32,398 bases of DNA from a virus. Lineage: Duplodnaviria; Caudoviricetes. Under the pieces are notes generated by a model. That model was not told where the DNA came from, ran no database searches, and saw only the letters and a list, made by a program, of their open reading frames with translations. Numbering within the stretch: position 1 is the first letter of the stretch; every line of letters begins with the position of its first letter. The stretch covers positions 1-32,398 of the IMG/VR virus record IMGVR_UViG_3300006029_000036, one strand, 5' to 3'. A program made the position numbers and the translations under genes. Below are positions 17,366 to 26,112 of the stretch, piece after piece.

Positions 17366-18158
17366 ATGCCCAATATCCTCTATCTATACCTGTCGTTATT
17401 ATATTTAAAACACCTGTCTCTACTGCTCTTTGCAAAGCTATAGATACAGATTCGTTTTCTGTAAACCCTCCTTCAACTTCGACAAGTTCAGTTCCAAGTT
17501 CTATGAACCGAAATATATCTTGTGACAAACCTACAGATAAAATACTTTTAGAAACTAATACTTCTATCAGTACTTCACCTGTGCTTACAGAAACCAATCG
17601 TAGGGAGATACTGACTGTATCTTCTCGGTACTGTTTACTCGTACCTATGCCTAAATATCTTGCACCTAATCCACCACTACTTAGATTTGTATCGTAACTA
17701 ATTACTCCGCCTTGTACTAACAAACCTGCAAAGAGTAATGGTTTTAATTTATTATCCTCTTTGAATTCTTTTCTTGTGGTTCTTATAAGTTGTCTTTCTT
17801 TAGTAAGGTCATCTAACCCTACTCGTTCTACAACTTTAAAGAACTCACCATTAGCAGCATGTTTAAAAGCCCTGATTAAAAAAGCTTCAGGAGCTTGTGT
17901 GATAGCTGTACTAAATAAAGCAAACTCACTATTACTTTTACGTTGCCCTGTCAAGTCTTTAAAACTATTAGGGTATACAGCAATGGTTGGTTTATTTAAA
18001 GCTGCCGGTAAATCTTTTAATTCTTTTGACTGTAAATCTAATACAGAGGATTCTTTAATAACTATATTTGGAATACCACCCGTAGTTAATAATGAATCAT
18101 AATTTAGTGCACAACTAGAAAGTAAAAGAGCCGATAGGCAAAGTAATAATTGTTTCAT
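17307..18158 (-). CDS. csgG: curli secretion channel CsgG-like lipoprotein
   Basis: Lipobox LLSSC; IAVY..FKDLTGQRK, FSTAITQ, FKVVERVGLDDLTKERQLIR, GGVISYD, GARYLGIG.SKQYREDTV, NESV. Confidence 0.9.
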   Translation of the reverse strand: MKQLLLCLSALLLSSCALNYDSLLTTGGIPNIVIKESSVLDLQSKELKDLPAALNKPTIAVYPNSFKDLTGQRKSNSEFALFSTAITQAPEAFLIRAFKHAANGEFFKVVERVGLDDLTKERQLIRTTRKEFKEDNKLKPLLFAGLLVQGGVISYDTNLSSGGLGARYLGIGTSKQYREDTVSISLRLVSVSTGEVLIEVLVSKSILSVGLSQDIFRFIELGTELVEVEGGFTENESVSIALQRAVETGVLNIITTGIDRGYWAYEENNIKPIDCGECVGIRG

Positions 18159-18630
18159 TCCCTTCTGCATCTGTTATTTTTAAAGTTATATATTCCCCGT
18201 CTGATTCGTATTCAATCGTATTACCTTCTAGTTCTACCTGTCCTGAGTCAGAAGGATTCTCTCCAAATAAATTTTCTACTAACTGTCTTGAAAGCTGTGC
18301 ATAGATACGTGACTCTAAGTTTCTAATAAATCTAGCAAGGGTTGTGTTCTTTGCTTCTCTTGCAAGCTCATCTTTATAAGCTTCTATTTCTGCCTTGACT
18401 GCTTCTTTTCTATTAAACTCTTGATTTTCTATTGTGAGGTAATGAGAGCTTGTATTGTTACCTGAAAAACTAGGGTTCTTAAACTTATGTACCATTTGGT
18501 CTGCAGATAAAACACCAATAAAAAACATGGAGAGTACTACAAAACTTAAAGCAATTATCTGCATAACAAACATAATTGCTACGTGTGTTAGGGGGTGTGT
18601 GTCTTCAACCTTAATCTTTCCTTTGGTCAT
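18115..18630 (-). CDS. csgF: curli assembly component CsgF-like
   Basis: Hydrophobic leader, then ADQMVHKFKNPSFSGN (cf. CsgF F.F.NP.FGGN), LESRIYAQLSRQL and C-terminal ITD..G.ET.I; start uncertain (18630 or nearby). Confidence 0.8.
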   Translation of the reverse strand: MTKGKIKVEDTHPLTHVAIMFVMQIIALSFVVLSMFFIGVLSADQMVHKFKNPSFSGNNTSSHYLTIENQEFNRKEAVKAEIEAYKDELAREAKNTTLARFIRNLESRIYAQLSRQLVENLFGENPSDSGQVELEGNTIEYESDGEYITLKITDAEGNETIITLPIGSFTF

Positions 18631-18961
18631 CTCTATCTGCTTTAGCAATCTTGTTACTGTCTATTAGTTGAGGAACTCCTAGTATAGTTTTAATAAGTGT
18701 ATCTTGTCTTATAATCTCGTTGTCTAAACTACGTACTCTATCTATAAGAGCTACTAAAATACCATGTTGTGCATCTAGTTTAGTACCTAGTCTTATTTCC
18801 ATTTGTTCTATTTGGTCAGCTACTTTGTCATCTAGTACATCTAACTTAGTCTCCATACCATCAATGATTCTATTGATAAGTTTCCAAATAAAGAAACCTA
18901 AACCTAATGCAGCAGCTATTGGAAAACCAACTTCATTAATAAATTGAATTGCTTGTTCCAT
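18611..18961 (-). CDS. single-TM coiled-coil protein (YvrJ/holin-like N-terminus)
   Basis: INEVGFPIAAALGLGFFIW followed by a heptad-rich region. Confidence 0.6.
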   Translation of the reverse strand: MEQAIQFINEVGFPIAAALGLGFFIWKLINRIIDGMETKLDVLDDKVADQIEQMEIRLGTKLDAQHGILVALIDRVRSLDNEIIRQDTLIKTILGVPQLIDSNKIAKADRDDQRKD

Positions 18962-19035
18962 ATTTTGAGGTGCAACTTCCCTGTGAAGCTAACAATAGCG
19001 TTCTTTAAAATCCTTCTTAAGTTTTAGTAGTGGTT

Positions 19036-19065
19036 AAAAAAAGTAGTAGTATCCCGAAACTACTA
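19036..19065 (-). terminator. possible weak intrinsic terminator
   Basis: Minus strand TAGTAGT-TTCGGGAT-ACTACTA then C+T7; the stem is AU-rich. Confidence 0.4.
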
Positions 19066-19100
19066 AATATATCCAACCAACAATACATACAACGCAGACA

Positions 19101-19286
19101 CTATCGGTCACTGCTTTCAGTTGATTTACACTCCTGTTTAAATTCGTTCCATCTAAGGAACTCTCTGGTTTCTAAATCCCAAAACAATCCTTTATAACAA
19201 TTATCTTGAGAGTCTTCTTCTTCGTTTATTAGCCCGAACCAATTCCATCGTCCGTCTGCTATAACGTCTTTTATTTTCTGTTTCAT
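19101..19286 (-). CDS. hypothetical Trp-rich small protein
   Basis: 61-aa ORF, TAATG-coupled to the holin-like gene. Confidence 0.55.
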   Translation of the reverse strand: MKQKIKDVIADGRWNWFGLINEEEDSQDNCYKGLFWDLETREFLRWNEFKQECKSTESSDR

Positions 19287-19756
19287 TAATCTTGTTTATG
19301 TGATGCTCCAAAATAGAAGCTAACAATAGCTGATGCTAAACCACCTAGGTATCCTAAAATTAAATTGACCAATGCCTCTGAGTTGGCTTCTGGGGGCTGA
19401 AGAGTTATAAGAAATATATAACCTAAGAACCCACCTACTGTAGCCATGCCCATGATACGTGCTGTCCAGTCTTTACTAAACTTTCCTCTAGCATCTTGTA
19501 TATCTGCTGTCTCAAGTTTAAACACATCTACATCAAGTTCTTTCATCTTAACTTCAAACTCTTGTTCAACTTTTTTAAGTTCAAGCATTTGTTCAGGTGT
19601 AGCTTCTTGTATAGCTTTTTCAATCGCTTTAGGATTGTTAGGTACTCCGAGTACATCAGCTATCATATTAGCTGCCATGCCTCCCATAGGACCGCCTAGT
19701 GCAGTACCTATTGTAGGGGCTACTGCTCCTACTAAACTTTTTAACATATCTTTCAT
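19286..19756 (-). CDS. holin-like membrane protein (3TM holin family-like)
   Basis: VAPTIGTALGGPMGG N-terminus, D.QDAR, two C-terminal TMs ending SFYFGAS. Confidence 0.65.
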   Translation of the reverse strand: MKDMLKSLVGAVAPTIGTALGGPMGGMAANMIADVLGVPNNPKAIEKAIQEATPEQMLELKKVEQEFEVKMKELDVDVFKLETADIQDARGKFSKDWTARIMGMATVGGFLGYIFLITLQPPEANSEALVNLILGYLGGLASAIVSFYFGASHKQD

Positions 19757-19905
19757 TCGTCTTCGTCCTTATATATAACTGCCATCATTGCTTCAAACAT
19801 ATCTCTAAAATCATCTAGAGACATAAAGGGCATGTCTTGTTTTATTTGGTGTAAACGATACTCTCGGTAACATCCTTCTAATTGGTCTTCTAGATACAGT
19901 ATCAT
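19753..19905 (-). CDS. small acidic hypothetical protein (50 aa, not in ORF track)
   Basis: MILYLEDQLEGCYREYRLHQIKQDMPFMSLDDFRDMFEAMMAVIYKDEDE; ATGA-coupled to the holin-like gene. Confidence 0.65.
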   Translation of the reverse strand: MILYLEDQLEGCYREYRLHQIKQDMPFMSLDDFRDMFEAMMAVIYKDEDE

Positions 19906-19913
19906 GTTATTGT

Positions 19914-19942
19914 ATTATACAGGTAGATTTATAAGTTGTCAA
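19914..19942 (-). promoter_or_regulatory. consensus sigma70 promoter upstream of the holin-like and csg/cyclase genes
   Basis: Minus strand TTGACA (19942-19937), 17-bp spacer, TATAAT (19919-19914), inside a 38-nt intergenic gap. Confidence 0.85.
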
Positions 19943-19943
19943 G

Positions 19944-22900
19944 TTATTTCGTTCTAAAAAGTCCTGATGTTAAATCGTCAATCATTTGTTCAGTAGTCGT
20001 GCCTGTTGGATAGTCATATTGTCCTATTGCTAAAGCAGTATTAAATATACTTGGAGTTAAATATTTATTTACTCGTGCTTGAGCTTGTTGTTTTTGTTGA
20101 GGAGTCATTTTTTCTGTAGGTTTATTTTCAAACTCTACAATGCCTTCTAGTAATTCAGGCAAATCATCTAAAGTTACTGTAGTTTTATCACCTACTTTTT
20201 GTTGTAAATATTTAAAATATTCTGTAGTAGGATTATTATCTTTTGGAGGAGCATATTTAGAAACTATAGATTGCAAATCTCCATTAAAATCGTTTATTTT
20301 GTTTGTTAAATCTCTTACTACTGCTCTTAATCCTGCTTCAGGAGTATCAAAAACTACAAAAGCTCCTTTATTTTTTTCTTCTCGTCTGCTAGTAGCATAA
20401 ACTTCCCCTGTTTCTCCTGCAAATCCTTGTCCTTCTTCTATATTTCCCGGATTATTATAAACTATATTTTCTTGTATAGGTGTGTTAATAGGTTCTTTAG
20501 TTGCAGGAATATTTGTAACTGCTTCAGGAGTCTTAGCTCCTGTGTCTTGTCCTGCAACTTCTTTAAAGGATTGTCCTGTACCATCTACGCTCCTATCTGC
20601 AGGGTCTGCTTCGACATTAGGCACATCTCTTTCTACGCTTAAACCATCTTTATAGACCTTACGTGCATAGATTTTAGTAGCAAGTCCACCGCCTGAGTAT
20701 TGTACTCTATGAGTTTTAATTTCATCATAGGGTTGTCCTGTGTATGGGTCTACTTTAGGAATAAGACCACCTGTTGACCTAAGTAATCTTGGTACATTAG
20801 ATTTACTTTCAGGTTCGCCTACTAAAAAACTAGCTCCTTTTCTAATTGTACCACCCACAAGTTTGTCAGCTTCTTTAGCAGCTTTTTGAAGCGGAGTATA
20901 AGGCTCTCTAAAACCTGTATACTCTTCCATAAAGTCTCCTAAGTTCCTATCGAAAACTGTCTTAGTGCCTGTTAATGGAAGTTTACGTGCAGCAGTTTCT
21001 ATTAATCCTCTGTTGTACAATGTCATTCCTATTACATCATTTATAACTGGACCACCTACTCCTACACCTGCTACAAGTGGATTTTGTCCATAACTTAAAC
21101 CTTCTGATACTCTTAATCCATATTCAAGCGGTCCAAGTAATCCAACTCTTTGATAAGCTTTTAAAGTGTCTTGCCAATCATTACCTTTCCTAGCTACTTT
21201 ATCTCTTTTTTCTTCGTTACTTCTCCAGTAGTTTGTAGCCTTAGCAACATTAGTAGCCATAGCAACAAACGCAGCAACTTTCGGAGCATTTACAGTCGGG
21301 TCATTTATAGTATCTCTTGCAAAGTTTTTTAATATAGTATTACCAAATACTGTAGGATATCTTAAAAACTGTGTAAAGATATCAATCTTAGGATTAGTCA
21401 TAAATGTAGGTACTCTAGCAGACTCTCTAGATGTTGGAAGTATTATACCATTTGTAAATCTACCTGCTCCTCTGACTACATTGTTATAAAACTTAGCCTT
21501 TGGTTTTGCTCCTCTTGCAGTCCATAATAGTCCTTGTTCAACATCAATACCTAAATCAAAAAGTTCTCCTTTTAATCTTTGAACTTTAGCATCCTGTGCA
21601 AATTCATCTGATGAAAACTTTTTAATATTAAGATTACTTTTTTGTTGAATAGCATAAAGCTTAGATAAATTTTCAGTAATTAAATCTTTGCCTGTAGAAA
21701 ACGCAGAAAGCTGTACAGTTTTTGTCCAAGGAATCAAAAGATTAAATCTATAAAATCCTCTAGCTGCTTTTTGTAAAAAAGGACTTTGTAATCCTTCCCC
21801 TGATATACGATTGGTTACGTCACCCATTGCTTCGTCTACTGCAATAAAAACACTATTCATTTCTCTACGAATTTCATCATCAGACATTTTATGCTTTTCT
21901 TTTAAAAGTTGACTTATTTCATCTGTAAAGATTTTATGACCTTTAGTAATTCCGTCTTGATAGCCTTTTACAGATGATTTTACAGGTGCTTTAGCTAATG
22001 TAAGAAATGCTTCTGATAAAGAAGATACTGTAGCTAATGGTAAATAAGCCATAGCATTAGCTAACTTTGTAGTATCATATATACCTTGCATAAGTCCTGA
22101 GTCAAAATAATTTACTTGACCTGTTATAGATTTATACGTATTAAGTATATCTTTTTTATCTTTACCTGTTAAAGTTTGACCGCCTGCTTTTACTTCTTCT
22201 GCAATTTTATCAAGCCATCGTGTTTGAAACATTTCTTCGTTAGATTGTTTAAATAATAATAATCTATCTTTTTCAGAAGTTGAATCATCTGCTTTATATT
22301 TTTTTAAAACTTTAACATTTTTACCTGCCCCTAAAAAATGTAACTTATGCTCTATAGTTTTAGAAGCATTCATAAAATAATTTGTAGTAACAGGAACTAA
22401 ATCATTTGTTAAAAATGCTTCAAAGTCATTATCATTCATGTTTTTAAAAACTCTAGATTGAGATATTAAATTAGAATGTGAAGAATACAATTCATTTTGT
22501 TTGTCTAACATTCCGTCAATAACTTTATCAACATCTTTCTTTTTAACTATACCCTTTGAAAGTAATAAATTTTTAAAACCAACTTTATCATTTTCAATTG
22601 CTTCTCTATTCCAATGTCTAGTAAAATAATTTGCTACTGTATTAGTTTCCATACCTGCAGCTTTTGCATCTGCATCTATTTTATTAAAAAATATTCGTAA
22701 ATCTTTAGCAGCTTTTTGTACTTCTTTACTTGCTCCTCTAGGACTAGCACCTCTAAGTATACGTATAACAGACAATTCATCTTCAGGAAGTAATGTTCCT
22801 GTTTTTCTTAATGGTGCTATAATATTATCAAAGTCAAGTAAATAGTTTCCTCTACGATTTGACAGGTCTTCAAAGTAACTAAACCCTATACGTTTTGTAG

Positions 22901-23780
22901 AACGCTCACCAATATTTTTAGCAAACTCTTCTGAAAAACTTTCTCCTAACTCTGCAGCAGAACTAGATATTTTAGAAAAAGGTTTCATAATTGTTGAAGC
23001 ATTACCAATAGTTTTAGCTAATAATTTTGCTCCCTTTTTTTTAATATTGTATTTTAGTTTAGATTCTTTTCTATAGGTGTCATTACTATAGAGTCTACTT
23101 AGTCTATCATTAAATAAAGCATTACGTTGTACAAAACCACCTAAGACTCCTCCTGTCACTACTCCAAGTGCAGCAGAGCCTACAAGTTCTGTGTTAGAAT
23201 ATAACTTGCGAATGCCTGTATTAACTTCTGTATTTTGTCTAAAGTGATTATCTAAACCTGTCCATGTACCTACTTCTGCTCCTGTAATAGTAGCAGTCTT
23301 AGCAATTTGTTTTTTACCCACATCTTTAAGCTGACCTTTTGCAATAGCTTTGGAGCCTTCAATAACTCCTTTAGATATACCAGATTTAATAGCAAGTGAC
23401 GTTCCTCCAGTTACAGGAGTTAATATTGCAGCAAGCATAGCGGTAGGGTCAGTTACTAAATCAATAGTAGCATCCTTAGTTAAGGATAAGTATTGCTTGA
23501 AGCTACCCATGTCTGCATTGTCAAAACGCTTACGTAAGTATCTGTAGTCTTCTTTTTGTTGGTCAGTAAACTTACCACTTTCTATGGCACGTTGCATGCC
23601 TGAGAATAAATTAAAATCTGAATCTCGTAAATACTCAAAAACATCATCAGATTTTTCTCCAACTGATGTTAAGAATCTTTCTGAAGTTTCTTGAAACTCT
23701 TCGTTGTCTTCTAGGTCATCTAAAGTATAATTACGACCTAAACGAGATGAAGACGAATCATCAACATAAAGTTTTACCAT
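19944..23780 (-). CDS. large putative internal virion protein with C-terminal lysozyme-like domain
   Basis: 1278 aa, largely helical; C-terminal YNNPGNI...FDTPEAGLRA...KYAPPKDNN motif of phage cell-wall hydrolase-like domains. Confidence 0.6.
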   Translation of the reverse strand: MVKLYVDDSSSSRLGRNYTLDDLEDNEEFQETSERFLTSVGEKSDDVFEYLRDSDFNLFSGMQRAIESGKFTDQQKEDYRYLRKRFDNADMGSFKQYLSLTKDATIDLVTDPTAMLAAILTPVTGGTSLAIKSGISKGVIEGSKAIAKGQLKDVGKKQIAKTATITGAEVGTWTGLDNHFRQNTEVNTGIRKLYSNTELVGSAALGVVTGGVLGGFVQRNALFNDRLSRLYSNDTYRKESKLKYNIKKKGAKLLAKTIGNASTIMKPFSKISSSAAELGESFSEEFAKNIGERSTKRIGFSYFEDLSNRRGNYLLDFDNIIAPLRKTGTLLPEDELSVIRILRGASPRGASKEVQKAAKDLRIFFNKIDADAKAAGMETNTVANYFTRHWNREAIENDKVGFKNLLLSKGIVKKKDVDKVIDGMLDKQNELYSSHSNLISQSRVFKNMNDNDFEAFLTNDLVPVTTNYFMNASKTIEHKLHFLGAGKNVKVLKKYKADDSTSEKDRLLLFKQSNEEMFQTRWLDKIAEEVKAGGQTLTGKDKKDILNTYKSITGQVNYFDSGLMQGIYDTTKLANAMAYLPLATVSSLSEAFLTLAKAPVKSSVKGYQDGITKGHKIFTDEISQLLKEKHKMSDDEIRREMNSVFIAVDEAMGDVTNRISGEGLQSPFLQKAARGFYRFNLLIPWTKTVQLSAFSTGKDLITENLSKLYAIQQKSNLNIKKFSSDEFAQDAKVQRLKGELFDLGIDVEQGLLWTARGAKPKAKFYNNVVRGAGRFTNGIILPTSRESARVPTFMTNPKIDIFTQFLRYPTVFGNTILKNFARDTINDPTVNAPKVAAFVAMATNVAKATNYWRSNEEKRDKVARKGNDWQDTLKAYQRVGLLGPLEYGLRVSEGLSYGQNPLVAGVGVGGPVINDVIGMTLYNRGLIETAARKLPLTGTKTVFDRNLGDFMEEYTGFREPYTPLQKAAKEADKLVGGTIRKGASFLVGEPESKSNVPRLLRSTGGLIPKVDPYTGQPYDEIKTHRVQYSGGGLATKIYARKVYKDGLSVERDVPNVEADPADRSVDGTGQSFKEVAGQDTGAKTPEAVTNIPATKEPINTPIQENIVYNNPGNIEEGQGFAGETGEVYATSRREEKNKGAFVVFDTPEAGLRAVVRDLTNKINDFNGDLQSIVSKYAPPKDNNPTTEYFKYLQQKVGDKTTVTLDDLPELLEGIVEFENKPTEKMTPQQKQQAQARVNKYLTPSIFNTALAIGQYDYPTGTTTEQMIDDLTSGLFRTK

Positions 23781-23784
23781 AAAC

Positions 23785-25503
23785 TTAATATCCTAAATCG
23801 TTATAAAAATCTTTAACAAATTTTCTTTTAGCACTAAGAACAAAACCCGGAGCATCTTTACCTTTAGTAATATAATTTAATTCATATAACATATCTTTTG
23901 TTACTAAATCTATTATGTCTTCTTTAAAAGGTCTATTTATTAATAATTTACTTTTTGATAACCCTTTAGGTGGTGTCATAGCAATAAATTTATTAACTAA
24001 ATCTTTATTAATTTTATATTTAGATTGAAGCTCTTCTGTTGATAAAGGCTCTTGAATTTCTTCTACTTCTTTGTCCATATCTTCAGGAGTTTTTACTCTA
24101 GACTCTGGACCAACAATAGCTATATAAGGAGAAACAATTTGATTAAGAGCATTTAATTCACCTATTTTTTCATCTTCTGATAAGTCAGACCTTTGAATAC
24201 CTTTAACAATATCTCCGTACATATTTCCAATTTCTTGTTCTGCTTTTTCTGATTTAGTTCCTTTAATACTTTCTATATAACTATTAACTTTTTCAGTATC
24301 AACTGCACCTTCTAATTTATCATAGTCATATAAACTAATTCTTGTATCTAATATTTCTCCATCTTGTTGTAGCATAAATTTAGCTGCTAATCCCATAGCT
24401 TTTGATTGAGGAATATCAAATTGTTTTTGTAAATTATTTGAAGCAGTCATAACATTATGAGCTAGTCCTCTACCATTTTTATCATCCATGTATTCTTCAT
24501 ATTTACTTTCAATATCTAAATTTCCTGATGTTCTAACATATCTATCAATTTGGTCAGCAGCAGTTGCAATTTCATTTTCAGTATATCTAATAGCAGGAGC
24601 AGCACTTTTACTTTGACTTGCTGCTATTAATTCTCCAATTTGAACAGGGCTACCATCTCTTTTTGTTCCAAAGTTACCGATGTATTCTACTTCTAATAAA
24701 TTACCAAACTTATCAACTTCTTTTCTTTTTACTATTCTTTGTTCAGCACCTTTAAAAACTTTTATAGCTTTACCTTCCTCACTCTTCATAAATTCTACAA
24801 TGTTTCCTATTGGATTTCCTTTAGCTGCATATTCTTCTAATGCAGTTTTAGAGGCTTTAAATTGCTCTCCAAGTAATCCACCAATCATTCTATTTTTAGC
24901 TTCTTTATCAGCAGCACTCATAGTTTCTTTATCATGTGATTTAGCAACTTTCATCATAGAGTTACCTAAAAAAGATGCTATACTTCTTGGTGCAGCTCCT
25001 TCTTGTTGAATACGAGTTATCATATCTTCTTGACTTAAATTAGGTATAGCTAACTGTGCATCAACTGCTTTATTAAAAGAAGCTAAATTAACTTTATCAT
25101 CTGAGTATTCTTTAGCTATTCTATTTATAGCATCAGAATAACCACTAATATCAAAATCAGCACCAAATTCATTTTGAACATAATTAGTTAATTGATTTTG
25201 TTTTTCTCGATACAACATTTGTTCACGGGTTAATCCATCTTTTTCATAACCTTGCACCATAGTTTGCCAACCTTTAGCATTTTCAAGTTGTGTAAGGTAA
25301 TGAGCACGTTGAGTTGCTCTGCTAGTCTCTAATGCATCTGCTTTTTGATTAATAAGACTTGTAACACCTGTTACAGCTATATTAGCTAATTGAAGTCTTT
25401 TAGAAAATCTTTCTTGTTTCTTTGCTTGCTCTTCATTATATTCTCTAGCTTTAGCAAATTGTTCTTGTCCAAACTCTATTCCACCATCATCATATCTAGC
25501 CAT
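23785..25503 (-). CDS. putative internal virion protein
   Basis: 572-aa helical ORF within the structural run; function inferred from position. Confidence 0.5.
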   Translation of the reverse strand: MARYDDGGIEFGQEQFAKAREYNEEQAKKQERFSKRLQLANIAVTGVTSLINQKADALETSRATQRAHYLTQLENAKGWQTMVQGYEKDGLTREQMLYREKQNQLTNYVQNEFGADFDISGYSDAINRIAKEYSDDKVNLASFNKAVDAQLAIPNLSQEDMITRIQQEGAAPRSIASFLGNSMMKVAKSHDKETMSAADKEAKNRMIGGLLGEQFKASKTALEEYAAKGNPIGNIVEFMKSEEGKAIKVFKGAEQRIVKRKEVDKFGNLLEVEYIGNFGTKRDGSPVQIGELIAASQSKSAAPAIRYTENEIATAADQIDRYVRTSGNLDIESKYEEYMDDKNGRGLAHNVMTASNNLQKQFDIPQSKAMGLAAKFMLQQDGEILDTRISLYDYDKLEGAVDTEKVNSYIESIKGTKSEKAEQEIGNMYGDIVKGIQRSDLSEDEKIGELNALNQIVSPYIAIVGPESRVKTPEDMDKEVEEIQEPLSTEELQSKYKINKDLVNKFIAMTPPKGLSKSKLLINRPFKEDIIDLVTKDMLYELNYITKGKDAPGFVLSAKRKFVKDFYNDLGY

Positions 25504-25506
25504 TCT

Positions 25507-26100
25507 TTACTCCGATTTTGCCAACAAACTTGGCTGTTCTGTATTGTTGTCAGGTGCTAACAAACTTTCTGGTATTTCTAATTCTTCTATGTCTTCTACA
25601 ATATCTGCAGGTAAAACTCCTTCAGGAACTTTAGACATATCTCCTACTTTTTCTTTTGTTAAAGCAGTTAAATTAGTAGCTTTCATATTAGCTATATCGT
25701 CTTCATCTTCTGGTTCTAAATCATCTTCTTCATCGCCATATAGTCTAGGTTCAATAGCTGCTTTTTCCGCAAGAGCCAATAAAAAATACATTAAAGGTTC
25801 TAACAACATCATAAATAAATCAGGATTCCATTTACCTTCTTGAAAACCTCTTTGAAGAAGTTGTAATGTTATATCAGATATTGGTACACCTTGCCCCATT
25901 GCAACAACAAGAGGTACATAAACTTCTTCTTCTAATAGTTCTTCTGCTATATAGTTAAATGCTGTTCTAAAGTCAGTATATTCTGGTGGACCTTCCCAAG
26001 GATATGAGTTATCAGGGTCTTCAGTTAAAGATTGTCCCGGAATTGGTCTGCTTGAATTTACTAAAGCATCTATGCCTTCTTGATTATATTCTTCTGCCAT
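25507..26100 (-). CDS. acidic phage protein in the structural module
   Basis: 197 aa, PIPGQSLT...YPWEGPP motif; AGGA RBS. Confidence 0.55.
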   Translation of the reverse strand: MAEEYNQEGIDALVNSSRPIPGQSLTEDPDNSYPWEGPPEYTDFRTAFNYIAEELLEEEVYVPLVVAMGQGVPISDITLQLLQRGFQEGKWNPDLFMMLLEPLMYFLLALAEKAAIEPRLYGDEEDDLEPEDEDDIANMKATNLTALTKEKVGDMSKVPEGVLPADIVEDIEELEIPESLLAPDNNTEQPSLLAKSE

Positions 26101-26112
26101 TTTTAGTTCCTA

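Noticed and set aside
13872-18961. Cassette as host chromosomal DNA or a prophage boundary
   Set aside because: Phage genes flank both sides, composition looks similar, genes overlap tightly, and no integrase or att-like site was seen
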